Shown here in pieces: positions 9,051-18,889 of a stretch of DNA of 64,000 nucleotides; within the stretch, counting starts at the first letter, position 1, and every line of letters begins with the position of its first letter. The position numbers and the translations under genes were made by a program. Origin of the DNA: Rhodocyclaceae bacterium (lineage in GTDB: Bacteria; Pseudomonadota; Gammaproteobacteria; Burkholderiales; Rhodocyclaceae); the NCBI GenBank assembly GCA_041480065.1, contig JBGOZF010000019.1, positions 1,194-65,193 of the forward strand, in the 5' to 3' direction. The notes beneath the pieces are model-generated. The model made no database searches. It had not been told where the DNA came from and worked only from the letters and a program-made list of their open reading frames with translations.

Positions 9051-9374
9051 TCAGTAGGTGGGCATGACGGGATCGACGTCCCGCGCCCAGGCGGCAAGGC
9101 CGCCATGCAAATTGAAGATATTGGTAAAGCCCTGGTATTCCAGGAACATCGCCACCTGGTAACTGCGGGCGCCGTGGTGGCAGATGACGACCGTTTCGGC
9201 GTTGCGGTCGAGCTCCAGGTAGCGAGCCGGCACCGCGCGCATGGGAATCGGCCTGGCGCCGGCGATGCGGCAGACATCCAGTTCCCAGGGTTCCCGCACG
9301 TCGAGCAGCACGGGCCGCGCGCGCGCCGGGTCGTCGAGCCATTCCTTCAGCTGGGCTGCGGCAAGTTGCTGCAT
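9051..9374 (-). CDS. Single-domain rhodanese (sulfurtransferase)
   Basis: 107 aa with the active-site loop VVICHHGARS. Its start ATG overlaps the pcm stop by 1 nt (TGATG). Confidence 0.65.
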   Translation of the reverse strand: MQQLAAAQLKEWLDDPARARPVLLDVREPWELDVCRIAGARPIPMRAVPARYLELDRNAETVVICHHGARSYQVAMFLEYQGFTNIFNLHGGLAAWARDVDPVMPTY

Positions 9375-10042
9375 CAGAGCGTGAATTCCGTACCGACCGG
9401 CGCGTTGCGCAATTGGGCGACGCAGGTCTCGAACAGGCCCTGGCCGCGATAGGCACCTTCGCCGACGCCAGTGACAAGACGGGCGGTTTGCACCGGCGCT
9501 TCGCCGAGGAAGGCGAACAGCCGGCCGCCGACTTTCAGCCGGGCCAGCAGTTCGGCCGGAATTTGGGCGAGGCCACCGGAAAGCATGATGACATCGAACT
9601 GAGCACCGACCGAGCGGGAGACGACGAAGCCATCGCCGGTCTCCACGGTGACATTGCCCAGCCCTGCACGATGCAGGTTGGCGCGGGCGCTGTCGGCCAG
9701 CTCGGGGACGATCTCGATGCTGGTGACGTGATTCGCATGCACGGCGAGCAGGGCGGCCGTGTAGCCGGAACCGGTGCCGATCTCCAGCACGTTCTCCTGC
9801 TTTCGTGGCTTCAGCGCCTGGACGACCGCCGCGTCGATGCGCGGCGTCAGCATCGTGGCGCCATGGCCGAGCGGCAGCGCAACATCGGCGAAGGCAAGAT
9901 GACGAAACGCGGGGGGCACGAATTCCTCGCGGCGGACGACGTGCAACAGCTCGCGCATGTCCTCGCGCAGCGGCTCCGAGGACCGGATCTGCTGCTCGAC
10001 CATGTTGTATCGGGCTTGCTCGAAATTCATCGTGACATGCAT
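9374..10042 (-). CDS. pcm: Protein-L-isoaspartate O-methyltransferase
   Basis: SAM-binding motif VLEIGTGSGY. Overall Pcm-like sequence over 222 aa. Confidence 0.8.
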   Translation of the reverse strand: MHVTMNFEQARYNMVEQQIRSSEPLREDMRELLHVVRREEFVPPAFRHLAFADVALPLGHGATMLTPRIDAAVVQALKPRKQENVLEIGTGSGYTAALLAVHANHVTSIEIVPELADSARANLHRAGLGNVTVETGDGFVVSRSVGAQFDVIMLSGGLAQIPAELLARLKVGGRLFAFLGEAPVQTARLVTGVGEGAYRGQGLFETCVAQLRNAPVGTEFTL

Positions 10043-10128
10043 GGGAGGGTTCGCGGCGAAAGAGCGATGACGAACTGGAGATTAGCATATCCTTATGAAC
10101 GGATACGTTGGTCTGTTGCACGCGAATT

Positions 10129-13100
10129 CTACGCCGGCCCGACCGCACCCGGCTCCCGGACCTTGTACCACGCGGCATAGAGCGCCGGCAGGAACAGGCA
10201 GGTCAGCGCAGTCGCCACGATGAGGCCGCCCATGATGGCCACGGCCATCGGGCCCCAGAACACCTGGCGCGAGAGCGGGATCATCGCCAGCACCGCCGCC
10301 GCCGCCGTCAGCACGATGGGCCGCAGGCGGCGCACGGTGGAGCCGACGATGGCATCCCAGGTGCTCTTGCCGGCGCGTTCGTCCTGGTCGATCTGGTCGA
10401 CCAGGATCACCGAGTTGCGCAGGATCATGCCCATCAATGCAATGACGCCGAGCTGGGCGACGAAACCGAAAGGCGCCTGGAAGATCAGCAGCGACAGTGT
10501 GACGCCGATCAGCCCCAGCGGCGCCGTCAGCAGCACCATGATGGTTCGGCGCATGCTCTGCAACTGGATCATGAGCAATGTAATGACTGCCACCAGCATC
10601 AAGGGCATGACGGCCTGGATGGATTTCTCGCCCTTGCCGGACTCTTCGATCGCGCCACCCATCTCGATGCGGAAACCCGGCGGCAACTTGGCGCGGATGG
10701 GATCGAGTTGCGGGCTGATGCGCGTCGATACCGCCGGACCCGTCGCGTTGCCCAGAAGGTCCGCGCGCACGTTGATCGTCGGCAGGCGGTCACGCCGCCA
10801 GATCAGGCCTTCCTCGAGCACCGGTACCAGCTTGGCCACCTGCGCCAGCGGCACGTGGCGGCCGGTGGCGGTCGGGATGTCGAGGTCGGGCAGGCGATCG
10901 AAGGAATCGCGCTCGGCACCGGACGCGCGCCAGACGACGTCGATCAACTGGTCGCCTTCGCGATACTGGGTGATGGTCGCGCCCTTCAGCCAGGCCTGCA
11001 AAGCGAGCGCCAGGTCCTGACTCGAGATGCCGAGCGCCCGGGCGCGGTCCTGGTCGATCTCGACGCGCAGGCTCTTGCTCTTCTCGTTCCAGTCGAACTG
11101 GACATTCTGCAGGCTGGCATCGGTACGCATGACGACCGCGACCTCTTCGGCGATGGCGCGCAACTGGTCGATATCCTCGCCCATGACCCGGAAGGCCACC
11201 GGGAAGCCGACCGGCGGGCCGTTTTCCAGCCGCAGCACGCGCAGGCGCAGGCCCGACCAGGCGCCATCGCTGTCGGCGAAGCGGGTCTCCAGGCGCTTCT
11301 TCAAGTCCTCGCGCGCTTCGAGTCCCTTGGTGACGACGATGAACTGCGCGAAGTTGTCGGCGAACAGCTGCTGGTTCAGCGGCAGGAAGAAGCGCGGCGG
11401 GCTGTTGCCGACGTAGGCGGACTGGGATTCGACGGCGTCGTCACCGGTCAGCAGTTTCTCGACCTGCTCCACCGCTGTCTCGGTTGCCTTGAGCGATGCC
11501 CCCTGCGGCAGCCAGAGTTCGATCAGAAGCTCGGGGCGCGAGGACGCCGGGAAGAACTGCTTCTTCACCACCGTAGCGAAGACCGCGACCGAGACGGCGA
11601 AGGTGACGACCGTGGCGCCGATCACCAGCCAGCGCCGGCGCAGGCACCATGTCACCAGGGCCCTGAAGCGCAGATAGAAGGGCGAACCGTAGATGTCGCC
11701 GCCATGCTTGGCGCCGAGGGCGGCGAGCTTCTCCGGGTTGAGTATCTTGTAGCCCAGGTAAGGCGTGAACACGACGGCCACGACCCAGGACACGATCAAC
11801 GCGATGGTGACCACCGAGAAGATCGAGAAGGTGTACTCGCCGGCGGAGGACTTCGCAAATCCGACCGGCGTGAAGGCGGCGGCGGTGATCAGCGTGCCGG
11901 TGAGCATCGGGAAGGCCGTCGAAGTGTAGGCGAAGGTGGCCGCCTTGAAGCGGTCCCAGCCCTGCTCCATCTTCACGACCATCATTTCGACGGCGATGAT
12001 GGCATCGTCGACCAGCAGGCCGAGTGCGATCACCAATGCACCGAGCGACACGCGTTGCAGGTCGATGCCGAAGACGCGCATCAGGAAGAAGGTAATGGCC
12101 AGCACCAGCGGGATCGACAAGGCGACCACGGTGCCGGTGCGCCAGCCGAGGCTGAGGAAGGAGACCGCCAGAACGATCACAACTGCTTCGGTGAGCGACT
12201 CGACGAAGAGCCGGATCGACATCTTCACGACCTCCGGCTGGTCGGAGACATTGTTGACCTCGATACCGGCCGGCAGGTTGGCGGACAGGCGCTGCATCGC
12301 CGCCTTCAGGTTCTCGCCGAGGCGGATGACGTCCCCGCCCTTGTCCATCACCACGCCGATGCCGATCGCATCCTTGCCGGCCACGCGCATGCGCGGGCTG
12401 GGCGGGTCGGCGAAGCCGCGCTTCGCCTCGGCGATGTCGCCCAGGCGGAAATGGCGGCCGCCGACGGCGAGGTCGGTCTCGCGGATCTTGTCGGCGGTAT
12501 CGTAGGGGCCCGTCACGCGCAGGCGGACGCGCTCGCTGTCGGTTTCGATGAAGCCGGCCGCGGCGACGGCGTTCTGGCGTTGCAGGGCGTCGAAGATCTG
12601 GCTGGGCTGGATGCCGAGCGCGGCGAGGCGGGTCGGCGTCACCTCGACGTAGATCTTCTCGTCCTGGACGCCGATCAACTCGACCTTGCGGACATCCGGC
12701 ACCCATTTCAGCTCGCGCGCGATGCGGTCGGCTTCGCCGCGGAGTTCACCAAGATCGAAACCATCGCCGGTCAGCGCGTAGATGCTCACATCGACGTCGC
12801 CGAATTCGTCGTTCGGGTACGGGCCCTGGACCCCCGCTGGCAAGGTGTGCTGTATGTCGTCGAGCTTCTTGCGTACCTGGCGCCAGGCTTCGGGCACTTC
12901 CGATTTGGGCGTGAAGTCCTTTAGCGTAAGCAAGAGCAGCGACTGGCCCGGCTTCGACGCTGAGGTCATGACGTCGACCCAGGGCGTTTCGGTGAGCTTC
13001 TTCTCGATACGCTCGGTGAGTTCCGATTCCACTTGCTGCGCCGTCGCACCCGGCCAGAGCGTGCGCACGATCATGACCTTGAAGGTGAAGTCCGGGTCCT

Positions 13101-13215
13101 CGGCGCGGCCCAGCTTGAGGTAGGAAATCGCACCCGCGGCCATCAGGACGATGATGAGATAGAGCACCATCGACGGATGCTCGAGGGACCACGCGGAGAG
13201 GTTGATGTTCTTCAT
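10129..13215 (-). CDS. RND efflux transporter permease subunit (AcrB/HAE1-like, 1028 aa)
   Basis: Twelve-TM, two-large-loop RND architecture with characteristic motifs throughout. Start ATG overlaps the MFP stop (ATGA). Confidence 0.9.
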   Translation of the reverse strand: MKNINLSAWSLEHPSMVLYLIIVLMAAGAISYLKLGRAEDPDFTFKVMIVRTLWPGATAQQVESELTERIEKKLTETPWVDVMTSASKPGQSLLLLTLKDFTPKSEVPEAWRQVRKKLDDIQHTLPAGVQGPYPNDEFGDVDVSIYALTGDGFDLGELRGEADRIARELKWVPDVRKVELIGVQDEKIYVEVTPTRLAALGIQPSQIFDALQRQNAVAAAGFIETDSERVRLRVTGPYDTADKIRETDLAVGGRHFRLGDIAEAKRGFADPPSPRMRVAGKDAIGIGVVMDKGGDVIRLGENLKAAMQRLSANLPAGIEVNNVSDQPEVVKMSIRLFVESLTEAVVIVLAVSFLSLGWRTGTVVALSIPLVLAITFFLMRVFGIDLQRVSLGALVIALGLLVDDAIIAVEMMVVKMEQGWDRFKAATFAYTSTAFPMLTGTLITAAAFTPVGFAKSSAGEYTFSIFSVVTIALIVSWVVAVVFTPYLGYKILNPEKLAALGAKHGGDIYGSPFYLRFRALVTWCLRRRWLVIGATVVTFAVSVAVFATVVKKQFFPASSRPELLIELWLPQGASLKATETAVEQVEKLLTGDDAVESQSAYVGNSPPRFFLPLNQQLFADNFAQFIVVTKGLEAREDLKKRLETRFADSDGAWSGLRLRVLRLENGPPVGFPVAFRVMGEDIDQLRAIAEEVAVVMRTDASLQNVQFDWNEKSKSLRVEIDQDRARALGISSQDLALALQAWLKGATITQYREGDQLIDVVWRASGAERDSFDRLPDLDIPTATGRHVPLAQVAKLVPVLEEGLIWRRDRLPTINVRADLLGNATGPAVSTRISPQLDPIRAKLPPGFRIEMGGAIEESGKGEKSIQAVMPLMLVAVITLLMIQLQSMRRTIMVLLTAPLGLIGVTLSLLIFQAPFGFVAQLGVIALMGMILRNSVILVDQIDQDERAGKSTWDAIVGSTVRRLRPIVLTAAAAVLAMIPLSRQVFWGPMAVAIMGGLIVATALTCLFLPALYAAWYKVREPGAVGPA

Positions 13216-14224
13216 TGCAGAGCGCGAACCTTCTGCCCGGCCGTGAGTTTGTGCACGCCGGCGGCGACGATGCGCTCGCCCGGCTGGAGGCCATCGGCGA
13301 CTGTCGCGCCCGCGTCCGTATACGCGGAGACGGCGACCGGCCGCAGGGTGAGCGTCAAATCCTGCCCCACCACCCAGACGGCCGGGCGGTCGCCCTGCTG
13401 GAATACCGCGGAGAGCGGTATGGCGAGGGCTGGCTGCTTGCCGGCGGTAAAGCGCACGGTGGCGGTCATGCCCAGCGCGACCGATGCATCCGCATTGAGC
13501 AGGCTGACGCGGGCGGCGAAGGTGCGGGTCGTCGGGTCGGCCGCCGGCGCCAGTTCGCGCAGCCTGCCCCGGTAGGCCTTGCCGCCCGACCAGAGCGTGA
13601 CGGCGGCTTCGTCCCCGACCTTGATGCCGGTGATGACCGATTCGGGCAGCGAGATCGCGACTTCGCGCTCGCCATCCTGGGCAATCCGGAACACCGGTTG
13701 GCCCGACGCTACCACCTGCCCGGGTTCGCCGAGAACCGCAGCGATGACGCCCGGCCGGTCTGCCGCCAGTTGCGCGTAGGCCGACTGGTTGCGGGCAATG
13801 CCGGCTTGCGACTCCGCGGCCTTGAGCGCGGTTTCCTTGGCGTCCAGCGCGGCGGAACTGACGAAGTTCTGCGCCCGCAAGTCGCGGTAGCGCTTGGCAT
13901 CGGCCTGTGCGAGCACCAACTGCGATTGCGCCTGCGCCGACTGTAATGCCACGTCGGCCGGGTCCAGGCGCGCGAGCAGTTGGCCCGCGGTAACGTGGGC
14001 ACCGGCATCGACCTTGCGTTCGACCAGCTTGCCGCCGATGCGGAACGACAAGGGGACTTCGTAGCGCGCGTGAACTTCGCCACTGTAGCTGCGCGCCGCA
14101 TCCGCGGCCGTGGTTCCGGCGACGATGATCTTCACCACGGTCACTTCATGCGGTGGCGGCGCGGATTCGCCGCACGCGCAGAGGGCGATCGTCGCCACCA
14201 GGACAGCCAGGGTTCGGTAGGTCA
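13212..14224 (-). CDS. RND efflux periplasmic adaptor subunit (membrane fusion protein, lipoprotein)
   Basis: Start at [19 protein letters not shown] (lipobox). HlyD-like coiled coil and beta-barrel domains. ATGA overlap with the tetR stop. Confidence 0.85.
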
Positions 14225-14872
14225 TGGTTTGGGCTCCCGTAACGCGAGGCCGTGGGTAAGGATATCGACAGCCTGATTGAGAAATTCTTCGGCCTCGGGC
14301 AGGTCGCACATGAAACCCGCGAAGCTCCGCCGCCAGATGATGAACGAGAACATGGGCGCAAAGACGATGCGCGCGGCCAGCGCTGCCGGTACCGGGCGGA
14401 AGTCGCCGGCGGCGATGCCCTGCTCGATGATGCGGATCATCGCCCGGTGCGCACGGCTGATCAGCGAATCGTGAAACCAGCGGGAGAGTTCCGGGAAGTT
14501 GCCCGATTCGGCGACCAGCAACTTGGGCACCGCGCCCAGCGCCGTGGAGCCCACCATTTGCCACCAGCCGAACACAAACTCGCGCAGGAGGTCTGCCGCC
14601 GGCCGGCTGGTGTCACCGGCCAGCGCCTCGGCTGCTTCGACCGCCGGCATCATGGCCGCCTCGACCGCGGCCTTGAACAATGCTTCCTTGCTGTCGAAGT
14701 AGAGATAGACCGTGCCCTTCGATACGCCGGCGTGGGCAGCGATGTCTTCGAGCCGAGTAGCGGCGAAGCCCTTCTCGGCGAACACGTCCAGCGCCGCGGC
14801 CGCGATCTCGCCCGGCCGTGCCTCCTTGCGCCGGCGGCGGATGAACTTCTGGATGGGGCAACAGGCTTTCAT
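14222..14872 (-). CDS. TetR/AcrR-family transcriptional regulator, first gene of the efflux operon
   Basis: Classic Tet[50 protein letters not shown]. Start at MKACCPIQ. Confidence 0.85.
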   Translation of the reverse strand: MKACCPIQKFIRRRRKEARPGEIAAAALDVFAEKGFAATRLEDIAAHAGVSKGTVYLYFDSKEALFKAAVEAAMMPAVEAAEALAGDTSRPAADLLREFVFGWWQMVGSTALGAVPKLLVAESGNFPELSRWFHDSLISRAHRAMIRIIEQGIAAGDFRPVPAALAARIVFAPMFSFIIWRRSFAGFMCDLPEAEEFLNQAVDILTHGLALREPKP

Positions 14873-14891
14873 GCTTGGGCGCTCTCTTACT

Positions 14892-14905
14892 GACTGACCG
14901 GTCAG
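14892..14905. promoter_or_regulatory. 14-bp perfect palindrome ACTGACCGGTCAGT about 20 nt upstream of the tetR start; candidate TetR operator
   Basis: Located in the divergent tetR/tpsB intergenic region at 14892-14905. TetR-family operators are typically short palindromes overlapping their own promoter. Confidence 0.3.
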
Positions 14906-15267
14906 TAAGTTATGCGATCTGTCGCGGATTGTCAACCCATCAATGCGTGTGGCATGAACTGACAACATCTGTGCCGTACCGTTCCAGCCTGAAACCCAAT
15001 CCCCGCACGACCGCTGGCGCCAGCGTTGATTTCCTGATGTCATCAATGCTGTCACTTGCCATTGGACATAATAGAACCAGACCAAATATGCAGAAATGTG
15101 CTGCTTTTTCGGCCGCCAATGGCATAATTGGCCAAAGACACATGAATACGCGATTCGGCGGCCGCCAAGGAGATCTTGCGGCAACCCAGCCGAACCTTTC
15201 CGCCCTGACAGAGACACCGCCCACGGCGGCGGGCAATCAACACCTCAAACTCACGACGGACCTCGGC

Positions 15268-16941
15268 ATGACGCTCGATAGGGACGGCTCGGCTCTGTCT
15301 GCATCGCTCACAATCGGGCGGCGACCGCGCGGCATCCCGTTACTTGCCGCTGCCATCTTCTGCACCATGGCTGCGGCGCCTTGCGTTTGGGGCGACAACC
15401 TGCCCTCACGCGACGATGGCGGCTTCGTACTTCCGGCGGTACCCCAGTCGGCACCCTTCGGGGCCGGCACCGGCGCGACGGTATTCGTATCCGGCATCGA
15501 GTTCGAAGGCAACAAGGTGTTCACGGATGCCGAGCTTGGCGCCATTGCGGCGCCGTTCGTCAATCGCGAACTGCGCGTTGCCGACATCGAAGAACTGCGC
15601 CAGCGGCTGACGCAGCACTATGTGGACAAGGGTCACGTGAACTCCGGGGCAGTGATTCCTGCCGACGCCTACCGCGACGGCATCCTGCACGTGCAGATCA
15701 TCGAAGGGCGAATCTCCGAAGTGCGCCTGCGCGGCATGGATGGCCTCAAGGATGAGTACCTGACTTCGCGCCTGGGCGCCGATGGCGAAACCCTGAACGT
15801 CAACATCCTCCAGGAACGAATTCGCCTGCTGCTGGCCGATCCGCTGTTCGATCGCATCAACGCCCGCATCGTGCCAGGCGCCACGCTCGGCAGCGCCGTC
15901 GCTGAGATTGATGTCGGTCGCGCACCGGTGTTACACGCCCAGGTGTTCGCCAACAACTACCTGTCGCCGTCGCTGGGTTCCGGCCTGCTGGGCATCAACG
16001 GCGTGCTGAGAAACGCCACTGGCTGGGGAGACGCGATCGAGGCTACCGCGCAGTCGAACGGCCATACCGATCACTACGATCTGGCCTGGGCCGTGCCGCT
16101 CCTGGCCGGGCCGACGGTACTCGACATCCGCGTCGCCAGCGGCGCCTCCGCGGTAGTCGAGGAGCCTTTCAGTCAATTGAACATCAAGAGCCAGGTCAGC
16201 AGCCGGCAGATCGGCATCAGTCATCCGCTCTTCGTCGACACGCGCCGTCAGTTGGGCCTCGGCGTCACCTTCAGTGAGCGCGAGAGCCGGACGACGCTGG
16301 ACGGCGAGCCCTTCTCGTTCACTCCGGGCGAGGTGGACGGCAAGACCAGGGTACGCGACTGGAGCTTCTACCAGGATTACGTGCAGCGTTTCGACCGCCA
16401 CGTGCTGGCCTTCCGCTCGACCTTCATCTGGGGCCGCAACAACCTTTCGGAGTCGTCTCTGCCCGACCAGCCGGCGCGCAACTACCGCCTGTGGGTCGGC
16501 CAGATCCAGACGCAATCGAATCTCACCGAGTCGGGCTTGCAGTTGATTCTGCGCGCCAACATCCAGCACAGCCCGGATCGCCTGGTGCCGCTGGAACGGC
16601 TGGGCATCGGCGGCCGCTACACCGTGCGCGGCTACCGTGAGAACCAGCTAGTGCGCGACAACGGCTACATCCTCAACGCCGAACTCGTATATCCGCTGCT
16701 GCGCGACGAAGGCGCAAGGCGCCAGTTCGCGGTGGTTCCTTTTCTCGACCTGGGGCGCGGCGCCAACCAGAACGAGCCGGGCGAACGCCTCGCCTCGCTG
16801 GGCGTCGGTTTCCAGGGACGCTGGGGCGGCCTGGAGGGCGAACTGTTCCTCGCCAAGCGGCTGAAGACACCATCGGTGGAGACCCACGGCAACCCTCAGG
16901 ACCGCGGCATTCATATGCAGGTGCGCTATGCCTTCCTTTGA
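15268..16941 (+). CDS. ShlB/FhaC/HecB-family two-partner secretion outer membrane transporter (TpsB)
   Basis: Signal peptide RRPRGIPLLAAAIFCTMAAAPCVWG. POTRA-like region VFVSGIEFEGNKVFTDAELGAIAAPFV...HYVDKGHVNSGAVIPADAYRDGILHVQIIEGRISEV, then a beta-barrel. Start is uncertain; an upstream ATG at 15142 is possible. Confidence 0.8.
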   Translation: MTLDRDGSALSASLTIGRRPRGIPLLAAAIFCTMAAAPCVWGDNLPSRDDGGFVLPAVPQSAPFGAGTGATVFVSGIEFEGNKVFTDAELGAIAAPFVNRELRVADIEELRQRLTQHYVDKGHVNSGAVIPADAYRDGILHVQIIEGRISEVRLRGMDGLKDEYLTSRLGADGETLNVNILQERIRLLLADPLFDRINARIVPGATLGSAVAEIDVGRAPVLHAQVFANNYLSPSLGSGLLGINGVLRNATGWGDAIEATAQSNGHTDHYDLAWAVPLLAGPTVLDIRVASGASAVVEEPFSQLNIKSQVSSRQIGISHPLFVDTRRQLGLGVTFSERESRTTLDGEPFSFTPGEVDGKTRVRDWSFYQDYVQRFDRHVLAFRSTFIWGRNNLSESSLPDQPARNYRLWVGQIQTQSNLTESGLQLILRANIQHSPDRLVPLERLGIGGRYTVRGYRENQLVRDNGYILNAELVYPLLRDEGARRQFAVVPFLDLGRGANQNEPGERLASLGVGFQGRWGGLEGELFLAKRLKTPSVETHGNPQDRGIHMQVRYAFL

Positions 16942-18889
16942 TCTTCTGCGGGCAATAGTCGTCGGCACTTTCCTCCTTGCCGCGCCCATGTTGCCGCTCG
17001 CGGCGACGACGGATGCACCGCCCGACGATGGCGCCGCTTTCTTGCGCGCGGAACTGAAGGCACTGCATTCACCCGACGCCCCGAAACCACTGCCACGCGC
17101 CGCCGCCGCGGTACGCCAGGCGCGGCAGCTGCCGCTGGCGCCAAACGAACGCGCTTCGCTGCTGCTGCGTGCCGGCTCGCTGGCCGGCAAACTCGGCACC
17201 CCCGGCCTGCGCATCGCCTTCGATGCGCTCGACGAAGCCAGATCGCTCGCCGAGACGGTCGGCGACGAGCGCCTGATGGCGGAGGCCTACGACGGCCTCA
17301 GCGATCTCTACGAGAAACAACGACGCAACGACGAAGCACTGCAACTCGCCGAGACGGGCGTGCTGCACGCGCAGCGCATCAACGGCCACGACCTGCTGAT
17401 GCGCCTGGAGTGGCGGCTCGGACGCCTGTTCGAGGCACAGGGCCGCAATGACCTGGCGCTCGCGGCACTGCGACGTGCGGTTCGGCACATCGAAGCCATC
17501 CGCGCCGACATCCCGATCCGCTATCAGGACGGCCGCTCATCGTTCCGCGAAACCCTCGAACCGATCTACCTGGCGCTGGCCGATCTGCTGTTGCGGCAGT
17601 CGCGCGTCGGCACCGGCGACACCCGCCCCGCCCTGCTGCGCCAGGCGCGCAATACCGTCGAGTTGATCAAGCAGACCGAACTGGAGGATTACTTCCGCGA
17701 CCGCTGCACGGTGGACTCGGCCCGGCCTGCCGTCGCCGCCGGACCATCGGCCTCGACGGCGATCTACTACCCGATCGTGCTGCCCGATCGCCTGGAGCTG
17801 CTCGTCGAAAGCGATCACGGTTTCGAGCAGCGAACCGTCAACGTGACGGCCGCCCAGCTTCACAAGACCATCGCCAATTTCATTGCCGCCCTGCGTTCGG
17901 CCGGCCCCTATCGCGCCGATGCCGAGCGGCTCTACGGCTGGCTGATCGCGCCGATAGACGACTTGCTGAAACAGCGGCACGTCGACACGCTGGTCGCCGT
18001 GCCCGATGGTGCCCTGCGCCTGGTGCCGCTGGCCGCACTGCACGACGGCAGCCACTTCCTCGCCGAGCGCCTCACGATTACCACCGTACCCGGGCTCTCT
18101 TTCTCCGGTGGCAATCGGCCATCGACCGCAACACCACGCATCCTGCTCGCCGGCCTGAGTGAGCCCGGCCCCGTTGTCGCAAAGCTGCCGGAATCGGTGG
18201 TCAACCAGATGCCCGAAACCGCCGCCGGCCCGCTCTCGCGCTTCGCGCCGCCGCCGGGATTGCGGTCCCTGACCGAGGCCACCCAGTCCGTAGCGACGCC
18301 GTTCCCCGAGCCTGCCGGCGAACACGAACGGAAGCTTCGTGCCGCACTGGCGTTGCCGGGCGTCAAGAAGGAAATCCATCAACTCGAAGGTCTGGTGCCC
18401 GGCAACGTACTGCTGGACCAGTCCTTCACGCTGGGCGCCTTCAAGCAGCAACTGGCGGACCACGATTTCTCCATCGTGCATATCGCCTCGCACGGGCTGT
18501 TCGGCGCGAGCATGGACGATACCTTCATCATGACCTACGACGAACTGCTGACGCTCAACGGCTTGCAGGCCCTGATGACGCAAAGGCGCAAGCCGGTCGA
18601 TCTCATCACTCTGAGCGCCTGCCAGACTGCCGAAGGCGACGACCGCGCGCCTCTCGGCTTTGCCGGCGTCGCGATCAAGGCACATGCGAAGACCGCGCTC
18701 GGCACACTCTGGCCGGTGTCCGACGAGGTCACGCAGACCATGATGTCCTCGTTCTACGGCAATCTCGCCCACGGCGACAAGTCCAAGGCCGGCGCCCTGC
18801 GCGCCGCCCAGCGAACGCTGATCGCCGGAGGCGAATTCGACCATCCGTTCTATTGGGCACCCTTCATCCTGGTGGGAGACTGGCAATGA
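16928..18889 (+). CDS. Secreted TPR-repeat protein with a C-terminal CHAT (caspase-like) protease domain
   Basis: Signal peptide MPSFDLLRAIVVGTFLLAAPMLPLAA. TPR-like helical repeats. CHAT catalytic dyad candidates IVHIASHG (His) and ITLSACQTAEG (Cys). Overlaps the tpsB stop by 14 nt and the tpsA start by 4 nt. Confidence 0.8.
   Translation: MPSFDLLRAIVVGTFLLAAPMLPLAATTDAPPDDGAAFLRAELKALHSPDAPKPLPRAAAAVRQARQLPLAPNERASLLLRAGSLAGKLGTPGLRIAFDALDEARSLAETVGDERLMAEAYDGLSDLYEKQRRNDEALQLAETGVLHAQRINGHDLLMRLEWRLGRLFEAQGRNDLALAALRRAVRHIEAIRADIPIRYQDGRSSFRETLEPIYLALADLLLRQSRVGTGDTRPALLRQARNTVELIKQTELEDYFRDRCTVDSARPAVAAGPSASTAIYYPIVLPDRLELLVESDHGFEQRTVNVTAAQLHKTIANFIAALRSAGPYRADAERLYGWLIAPIDDLLKQRHVDTLVAVPDGALRLVPLAALHDGSHFLAERLTITTVPGLSFSGGNRPSTATPRILLAGLSEPGPVVAKLPESVVNQMPETAAGPLSRFAPPPGLRSLTEATQSVATPFPEPAGEHERKLRAALALPGVKKEIHQLEGLVPGNVLLDQSFTLGAFKQQLADHDFSIVHIASHGLFGASMDDTFIMTYDELLTLNGLQALMTQRRKPVDLITLSACQTAEGDDRAPLGFAGVAIKAHAKTALGTLWPVSDEVTQTMMSSFYGNLAHGDKSKAGALRAAQRTLIAGGEFDHPFYWAPFILVGDWQ

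Noticed and set aside
10108-12924. 938-aa plus-strand ORF (His/Asp/Arg/Gly-rich) antisense to the RND pump gene
   Set aside because: Low-complexity, non-protein-like composition. It fully overlaps a gene with unmistakable RND motifs on the other strand. It is the usual antisense open frame of high-GC DNA.
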